In this document: piece after piece, positions 55,858-64,000 of the stretch
Position numbering within the stretch: the stretch's first letter is position 1
Layout of the letters: each line of letters begins with the position of its first letter
DNA from: Eledone cirrhosa
Lineage: Eukaryota
Reading direction: 5' to 3'
Length of the DNA: 64,000 nucleotides
NCBI GenBank assembly: GCA_964016885.1
Contig: OZ024743.1
Location: forward strand, 77,810,001-77,874,000
The notes under the pieces: generated by a model
Database searches by the model: none
What the model was told of the DNA's origin: nothing
What the model saw: the letters and a program-made list of their open reading frames with translations, nothing else
Translations under genes and position numbers: made by a program

Positions 55858-58337
55858 GTTCAAGCCGGGGGGGGGGGTCTGTAGGGTGAAGATGGTGCGT
55901 TATTCGACCCTGTTGTGGGTGGCGGGTGTTCCGTGGCATTGGAGAAGGCCACAGACTGTGAGGTGGCGCGCGGAATGTCCAGGGGAGCCAAAGTGGCGGG
56001 CGATGGGGGAACTCTCGCCGAGACGAATATCCCGGAGGTGTTCGGTAAAACGGTCCGCCAGGCGACGTCCAGTCTGTCCGACGTAGGTTGCGCTACACTC
56101 CGTGCAGCGAAGTCCATAGACTAGGTTGGAGGAGGTGCAGCGGACGGCGTGCCGGACAGAGAGAGAGTAGCCGTTGGGACCCTGGAAGGTGGTGGTGTTG
56201 GTGAGGTGGGGGCAGGTGTTGCAACGAGGCCTAGAACAGGGAAGGGAACCGGGGGGGGGGGCTGCAGACGAGGAGGGTGCGGAAATTGCGTGCGCGTTTG
56301 AAGGAGGGGAGTGGTGGCGATGGGAAGATGTGGGAGGTGGAGGGGTCGGACTGGAGGCGCCGGAAGAGGCGGAGGATGGTGCGGTGGAGGGGTAGGGTGG
56401 AGGGATGGTAGGTGATGTGGAAGGGGAGACGGTGAGTGGGTGTGCGGTGGCGTGGAGTGAGGGTTGTGAGCGGTGGACAGCACGGGCGCGAGTGAGGGCG
56501 GTGTGGACGAGGGAGGGGGAGAACCTCTGAGGATGAAATGGCTGACTAGGGAAAGGGCCTGGGATTTAAAGTCAGCATCTCGGCTGCAGAGGCGGCGGAT
56601 CCTGAGGAGTTGGGAGTAGGAAATAGAGTGTTTAGTGTGTGTAGGGTGGGATGAGGTGAAGTCGAGGTAGGAGTGGGAGTCGGTGGGTTTGAAGAAGGCG
56701 GAGGTGACGAGGGAGTGGTGGGAGGGGTCGATGGCGACGGAGATGTCCAAGAAGTGGACGTGGGTGGTGGAGATAGATGTGGTGAAGTGGAGGGAGGGGT
56801 GGAAGGAGCAGAAGAAGGAGAGAAAAGTGTCGAGCTGTTCTCGGGTGAGGGTCGTGGCTCCGATACAGTCGTCGATGTAACGACCGTACAGTTCTGGCGT
56901 GGGGTCGGTGTACTGGGCAAAGATTTGGGCCTCAACATGGCCAACGAAAAGGTTGGCATAGTTTGGGCCCATTCTTGTGCCCATGGCTACCCCCGTGACC
57001 TGTTGGTAAAACTAACCCGAGAAGGAGAAACAGTTGAGGGCGAGGACCAGCTCGGCGAGGCGAATGTGGGTGGAGGGGATGGGGAGGAGCGAAGGTCGAG
57101 GTAGTGCTTGAGGGCACGTAGGCCGTCGGCGTGGGGGATGACAATATAAAGAGACTTGATATCTAAGGTGAAGAGGAAGGGCTGTGGGCCGGGTGGGAAG
57201 GTGAAGGAGTCGAATAGGCGAAGGTGAAGGAGTCGAATAGGCGAAGGGCGTGGTTGGTGTCAGAGATGTGGGAGGGGAGGGTGGTGACGAGGGGGGCGAG
57301 GATGGAGTCAAGAAAGGCGGAGATGAGTTCGGTGGAGCAGTTGCAAGTGGAAACGATGGGGCGGCTGGGGTTGTCGGGTTTGTGGAGTTTGAGGAGGAAG
57401 TAGATAGTGCGGGGGGGGGGGAGGGCGATGAGGTGGAAAGAGGGGGGGGGGAGACATGGTGTTGGATGGTCTAGGAAACTTGTTGTTGGTAGAGGGGTGT
57501 GGGGTCGGAGGGTAGAGGGCGGTAGAAGAGGGGGTTACGGAGCTGTCCGAGGGCTTCAGCCGTGTAGAGGTCAGCGCTCCACACCACCACGGCGCCTCCC
57601 TTGTCCGCCGGTTTGATGACGATGTCATCTTGACTACGGAGGGAGCGGAGAGCGAGGAGTTCTCCCCGTGAGATGTTATGCCGTGAGATGTTAAATCGAA
57701 GCGATTTACTGTGCTACGACAGGCGTTGACGAACGCGTCCAGGGTGCTAAATTGCCCTGGGGCCGGCGTCCAAGACGATGGTCGTCGGCCCAGGGCGAGA
57801 AACGGGTCTGGGGCGTTCAGAGCCGGTGGCGTTTGATCGAAATGTGCCTGTAGCTTAGTGCGTCGCACGAATCGCTCGACTTCCGTTCGGGTGTGGAACT
57901 CGTCGCTGTGCGGAGTGTGGGGTATAAAGCGAAGGCCTCTACTGAGGAGTGAGCGCTCAGGTGCGGAGAGGGGGGAGGTCAGGGGGTATGGTGACCACAA
58001 GTGGTGGGGTTTGGGTGTGTGAAGGAGGAGGGGAGGGTGTCGTGAGGGGTTAGGTGGAGTGTGGAGATTGGGTAGGGGTGTGGGGGGGATAGTGGTGGGA
58101 GGGGGGTCATATGAATGGGCGGTGGTGGTGGATGGGGGTGGTAGGGAGGAGTGAGTGTAGCTTAAGGGCTTTGGTGGAGGTGAGGAAGGAGAAGAGGTCG
58201 TGGTTGAGGTTTTGGATGAAGAGGAGGATGGAGTGGGCGAGGAGAGGGTGGCAGGCGGAGTTAAGGCGGAGGAGGGTGGGGGTCAGTTGGTAGTCAAGTT
58301 TGTGGATGGTGGAGCGGGAGGAGCGGAGAGAGTTGCG
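55858..58337 (-). pseudogene. PLE ORF (RT + GIY-YIG), frameshifted at C-runs
   Basis: LLSRGLRFIP, LFTLDIKSLY, MGTRMGPNYANLF, YGRYIDDC, FLDI, CSRPRCNTCP linker, NLVYGLRCTECSATYVGQTGRRLADRFTEH. Confidence 0.9.
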
Positions 58338-58417
58338 CATATATATATATATATATATATAGGTTGAAATAAAATGAAAACGAAATTTCATTTCTCACTC
58401 TTAGTATGGCACTTACT

Positions 58418-58475
58418 TAAATGTAAGTATGTATGTATACGTACATACATATATGTATACAGACGTACAGTAGCA

Positions 58476-58521
<46 letters not shown>

Positions 58522-58785
58522 CAGGTACACATACATATATGCACGCATCAGTTTAGCGAACGTTCAACTATCTGGCAGATGGGTATACGGTGCTGATGAT
58601 AGCTAACAAGCTTGAAACTAGTACATCATTCCTGTGTCAGTGTTGAACAAAAAGGTGACGTGGTTGCCTTAACACCGTATGGCATAAATTCAGGCTGTTC
58701 AGTTTGTTTACAAACGAACAAAGCGGCGTTATAATAAGCGTCCACTAAACTGATGCGTGCATATATGTATGTGTACCTGTATGTA

Positions 58786-58829
<44 letters not shown>

Positions 58830-58882
58830 TGCTACTGTACGTCTGTATTCATATATGTATGTACGTATACATACATACTTAC

Positions 58883-58887
<5 letters not shown>
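58418..58887. mobile_element. Non-coding foldback unit: ~140-bp inverted arms around a 188-bp loop
   Basis: 58418-58556 is the reverse complement of 58745-58887. Confidence 0.85.
58589..58627 (+). ncRNA. Type I minimal hammerhead in the foldback loop
   Basis: ggtg-CTGATGA-t agct aaca agct t-GAAA-c ta GTA-catc; distal pairing gttcaac/gttgaac and ctggca/tgtcag. Confidence 0.75.
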
Positions 58888-58918
<31 letters not shown>

Positions 58919-59466
58919 ACTGTTTAATGTACATTTTTCCATGGTATATATACATATGTTTATTTCAGTATAAATTACCAAACTGGCTGAAAGACACACT
59001 TTTAACATTCGAGAAAAAAGAAATAAAATTAATGACAAGAACTATCATTTAAATTTAAATTTGACATTTTATGTGTGGATTGTTTATTATTCATTTATTA
59101 TTATTATTTTTATTATTTATTTTGTTCTTATTAAAAGTCATTATAATTTTGAAAAATAAAAGAAATAAATTGAGGTTATCTTTGTGTATGCCCAGGTCTG
59201 CTGTGATTGAGCAAATCTATCACCAAAGGTGCTCCAGCCATGACCATCCCATCTTTTTGTTACCCATGTTTATATTATTTAAGCCAGAACCAGACCTAAG
59301 ATTGCCCACAACAGGACAACCCATCTGACCCATGCTAGTGTGGAAAATGGGCGTAAGACAGAGGTGATGATGATATGTGTATATACACACAAATATGTAT
59401 ATATAGACCATGTGTGTATATATGTATATTTATATACACCATATGTGTATGTCTGTATATATGTAC

Positions 59467-59500
<34 letters not shown>

Positions 59501-59792
59501 TTTGTTGGTTCCACAAAACTTCCACTGTAAAATGGTCGTGTAGGCATCACGACAAAAAGCACCCAACACACAATGTAAAGTGGTTGGCACTAGGAAGGGC
59601 ATCCTGCCACAGAAAACCAGCCAGAAACAGTTCTATATGAGTGAGACATACATGGTCACCCAATCCAACTTGTCTCTGAATGGGACAAACCTGTCTAACC
59701 CATGTTAGCGTGGAAGATAGACATTAAACTAATAGAATGTTGGTCGCGAAGAATAAAAGCTTCAGGATCCATCAAGAGTGACTTTAATTAAA

Positions 59793-62700
59793 CTCAGTCC
59801 ACATTATAAAGTGGTCGTGTTGGTATCATGACAAAAAAGCACTCAGTACACACTGTAAAGTAGTCATCTAGGTGTCACAACAAAAAGCACCCAGTACACA
59901 CTGTAAAGTAGTCATCTAGGTGTCACAACAAAAAGCACCCAGTACACACTGTAAAGTAGTCATCTAGGTGATACAACAAAAAGCACCCAGTCCACACTGT
60001 AAAGTGGTCATCTAGGTGTCACAACAAAAAGCACCCAGTACACACTGTAAAATAGTCATCTAGGTGCCACAACAAAAAGCACCCAGTACACACTGTAAAA
60101 TAGTCATCTAGGTGTCACAACAAAAAGCACCCAGTACACACTGTAAAATAGTCATCTAGGTGCCACAACAAAAAGCACCCAGTACACACTGTAAAATAGT
60201 CATCTAGGTGCCACAACAAAAAGCACCCAGTACACACTGTAAAATAGTCATCTAGGTGCCACAACAAAAAGCACCCAGTCCACACTGTAAAATAGTCTTA
60301 TAGGTGTCACAATAAAAAGCACCCAGTACACACTGTAAAATAGTCATCTAGGTGTCACAACAAAAAGCACCCAGTACACACTGTAAAATAGTCATCTAGG
60401 TGTCACAACAAAAAGCACCCAGTACACACTGTAAAATAGTCATCTAGGTGTCACAACAAAAAGCACCCAGTCCACACTGTAAAATAGTCATCTAGGTGTC
60501 ACAACAAAAAGCAACCAGTACACACTGTAAAATAGTCATCTAGGTGCCACAACAAAAAGCACCCAGTACACACTGTAAAATAGTCATCTAGGTGCCACAA
60601 CAAAAAGCACCCAGTCCACACTGTAAAATAGTCTTATAGGTGTCACAATAAAAAGCACCCAGTACACACTGTAAAATAGTCATCTAGGTGTCACAACAAA
60701 AAGCACCCAGTACACACTGTAAAATAGTCATCTAGGTGTCACAACAAAAAGCACCCAGTACACACTGTAAAATAGTCATCTAGGTGTCACAACAAAAAGC
60801 ACCCAGTCCACACTGTAAAATAGTCATCTAGGTGTCACAACAAAAAGCAACCAGTACACACTGTAAAATAGTCATCTAGGTGTCACAACAAAAAGCATCC
60901 AGTACACACTGTAAAATAGTCATCTAGGTGCCACAACAAAAAGCACCCAGTACACACTGAAAAATAGTCATCTAGGTGCCACAACAAAAAGCACCCAGTA
61001 CACACTGTAAAATAGTCATCTAGGTGCCACAACAAAAAGCACCCAGTACACACTCTAAAATGGTCTTATAGGTGTCACAACAAAAAGCACCCAGTACACA
61101 CTGTAAAATAGTCATCTAGGTGCAACAACAAAAAGCACCCAGTCCACACTGTAAAATAGTCATCTAGGTGTCAACAAAAAGCACCCAGTACACACTGTAA
61201 AATAGTCATCTAGGTGCCACAACAAAAAGCACCCAGTACACACTGTAAAATAGTCATCTAGGTGTCACAACAAAAAGCACCCAGTCCACACTGTAAAATA
61301 GTCTTATAGGTGTCACAACAAAAAGCACCCAGTCCACACTGTAAAATAGTCTTATAGGTGCCACAACAAAAAGCACCCAGTACACACTGTAAAATAGTCA
61401 TCTAGGTGTCACAACAAAAAGCACCCAGTACACACTGTAAAATAGTCTTATAGGTGTCACAACAAAAAGCACCCAGTACACACTGTAAAATAGTCATCTA
61501 GGTGCCACAACAAAAAGCACCTAGTACACACTGTAAAATAGTCATCTAGGTGCCACAACAAAAAGCACCCAGTTCACACTGTAAAATAGTCATCTAGGTG
61601 CCACAACAAAAAGCACCCAGTACACACTGTAAAATAATCATCTAGGTGTCACAACAAAAAGCACCCAGTCCACACCGTAAAATAGTCATCTAGGTGTCAC
61701 AACAAAAAGCACCCAGTACACACTGTAAAATAGTCATCTAGGTGCCACAACAAAAAGCACCCAGTACAAACTGTAAAATAATCTTATAGGTGTCACAACA
61801 AAAAGCACCCAGTACACACTGTAAAATAGTCATCTAGGTGTCACAACAAAAGCACCCAGTACACACTGTAAAGTAGTCATCTAGGTGCCACAACAAAAAG
61901 CACCCAGTACACACTGTAAAATAGTCATCTAGGTGTCACAACAAAAAGCACCCAGTCCACACTGTAAAATAGTCATCTAGGTGCCACAACAAAAAGCACC
62001 CAGTCCACACTGTAAAATAGTCATCTAGGTGTCACAACAAAAAGCACCCAGTCCACACTGTAAAATAGTCATCTAGGTTCCACAACAAAAAGCACCCAGT
62101 ACACACTGTAAAATAGTCTTATAGGTGTCACAACAAAAAGCACCCAGTACACACTGTAAAATAGTCTTATAGGTGTCACAACAAAAAGCACCCAGTACAC
62201 ACTGTAAAATAGTCATCTAGGTGCCACAACAAAAGGCACCCAGTCCACACTGTAAAATAGTCTTATAGATGTCACAACAAAAAGCACCCAGTACACACTG
62301 TAAAATAGTCATCTAGGTGCCACAACAAAAAGCACCCAGTACACACTGTAAAATAGTCATCTAGGTGCCACAACAAAAAGCACCCAGTACACACTGTAAA
62401 ATAGTCATCTACGTGCCACAACAAAAAGCACCCAGTACACACTGTAAAATAGTCATCTAGGTGCCACAACAAAAAGCACCCAGTACACACTGTAAAATAG
62501 TCATCTAGGTGCCACAACAAAAAGCACCCAGTACACACTGTAAAATAGTCATCTAGGTGTCACAACAAAAAGCACCCAGTCCACACTGTAAAATAGTCAT
62601 CTAGGTGCCACAACAAAAAGCACCCAGTACACACTGTAAAATAGTCTTATAGGTGTCACAACAAAAAGCACCCAGTACACACTGTAAAATAGTCATCTAG

Positions 62701-64000
62701 GTGCCACAACAAAAAGCACCCAGTACACACTGTAAAATAGTCATCTAGGTGCTACAACAAAAAGCACCCAGTCCACACTGTAAAATAGTCATCTAGGTGC
62801 CACAACAAAAAGCACCCAGTACACACTGTAAAATAGTCATCTAGGTGCCACAACAAAAAGCACCCAGTACACACTGTAAAATAGTCATCTAGGTGCCACA
62901 ACAAAAAGCACCCAGTACACACTGTAAAATAGTCATCTAGGTGTCACAACAAAAAGCACCCAGTACACACTGTAAAATAGTCATCTAGGTGTCACAACAA
63001 AAAGGACCCAGTACACACTGTAAAATAGTCATCTAGGTGCCACAACAAAAAGCACCCAGTACACACTGTAAAATAGTCATCTAGGTGCCACAACAAAAAG
63101 CACCCAGTACACACTGTAAAATAGTCTTATAGGTGTCACAACAAAAAGCACCCAGTACACACTGTAAAATAGTCATCTAGGTGTCACAACAAAAAGCACC
63201 CAGTACACACTGTAAAATAGTCATCTAGGTGCCACAACAGAAAGCACCCAGTACACACTGTAAAATAGTCATCTAGGTGCCACAACAAAAAGCACCCAGT
63301 ACACACTGTAAAATAGTCATCTAGGTCCCACAACAAAAAGCACCCAGTACACACTGTAAAATAGTCATCTAAGTGCCACAACAGAAAGCACCCAGTACAC
63401 ACTGTAAAATAGTCATCTAGGTCCCACAACAAAAAGCACCCAGTACACACTGTAAAATAGTCATCTAGGTGCCACAACAAAAAGCACCCAGTCCACACTG
63501 TAAAATAGTCTTATAGATGTCACAACAAAAAGCACCCAGTACACACTGTAAAATAGTCATGTAGGTGTCACAACAAAAAGCACCCAGTACACACTGTAAA
63601 ATAGTCATCTAGGTGCCACAACAAAAAGCACCCAGTCCACACTGTAAAATAGTCTTATAGATGTCACAACAAAAAGCACCCAGTACACACTGTAAAATAG
63701 TCATGTAGGTGTCACAACAAAAAGCACCCAGTACACACTGTAAAATAGTCATCTAGGTGCCACAACAAAAAGCACCCAGTACACACTGTAAAATAGTCAT
63801 CTAGGTGCCACAACAAAAAGCACCCAGTACACACTGTAAAATAGTCTTATAGGTGTCACAACAAAAAGCACCCAGTCCACACTGTAAAATAGTCATCTAG
63901 GTGTCACAACAAAAAGCACCCAGTACACACTGTAAAATAGTCATCTAGGTGCCACAACAAAAAGCACCCAGTACACACTGTAAAATAGTCATCTAGGTGC
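59793..64000. repeat. 48-bp satellite (acactgtaaaatagtcatctaggtgYcacaacaaaaagcacccagtMc), runs off window
   Basis: ~87 head-to-tail units, no spacers. Confidence 0.98.

Larger units (their letters stand above)
54294..58337 (-). mobile_element. GC-rich Neptune-type Penelope-like element
   Basis: Bounded by (TA)n on both sides; RT, Cys linker and GIY-YIG; long C-rich 3' UTR ending in a hammerhead remnant + aataaa. Confidence 0.9.

Noticed and set aside
59793-64000. CRISPR-like array or CTGCFLLWHLDDYFTV repeat protein
   Set aside because: Contiguous monomers with no unique spacers; eukaryotic context; frames broken by TAA/TGA variants

Overview
AT-rich, repeat-saturated animal genomic DNA. It is most likely a cephalopod (Octopus-like), inferred from the (TA)n seas, RTE LINEs with (TGA)n tails and the SINE types; this is not proven. 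Nearly all YIYI/CVCV ORFs in the track are microsatellite artefacts. Real content: (i) 1-35 kb is (TA)n tracts carrying an inverted pair of near-identical RTE LINEs, a truncated CR1/L2-type LINE, two copies of a ~600-bp internally deleted RTE derivative, and Penelope-like elements (PLEs), one nearly full length with pseudo-LTRs. (ii) 35.4-52.4 kb holds a spliced + strand host gene that the ORF track misses. It encodes a signal peptide, a small Cys-rich module and three Sushi/CCP-like exons, with introns full of SINEs and minisatellites. (iii) A GC-rich Neptune-type PLE lies at 54.3-58.3 kb. (iv) A 48-bp satellite from 59.8 kb to the window end has a monomer derived from the RTE/SINE 3' UTR. 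I found nine type-I hammerhead ribozyme motifs, some degenerate. One sits in the loop of a small non-coding foldback unit. Snap-back palindromes recur at retroelement ends.
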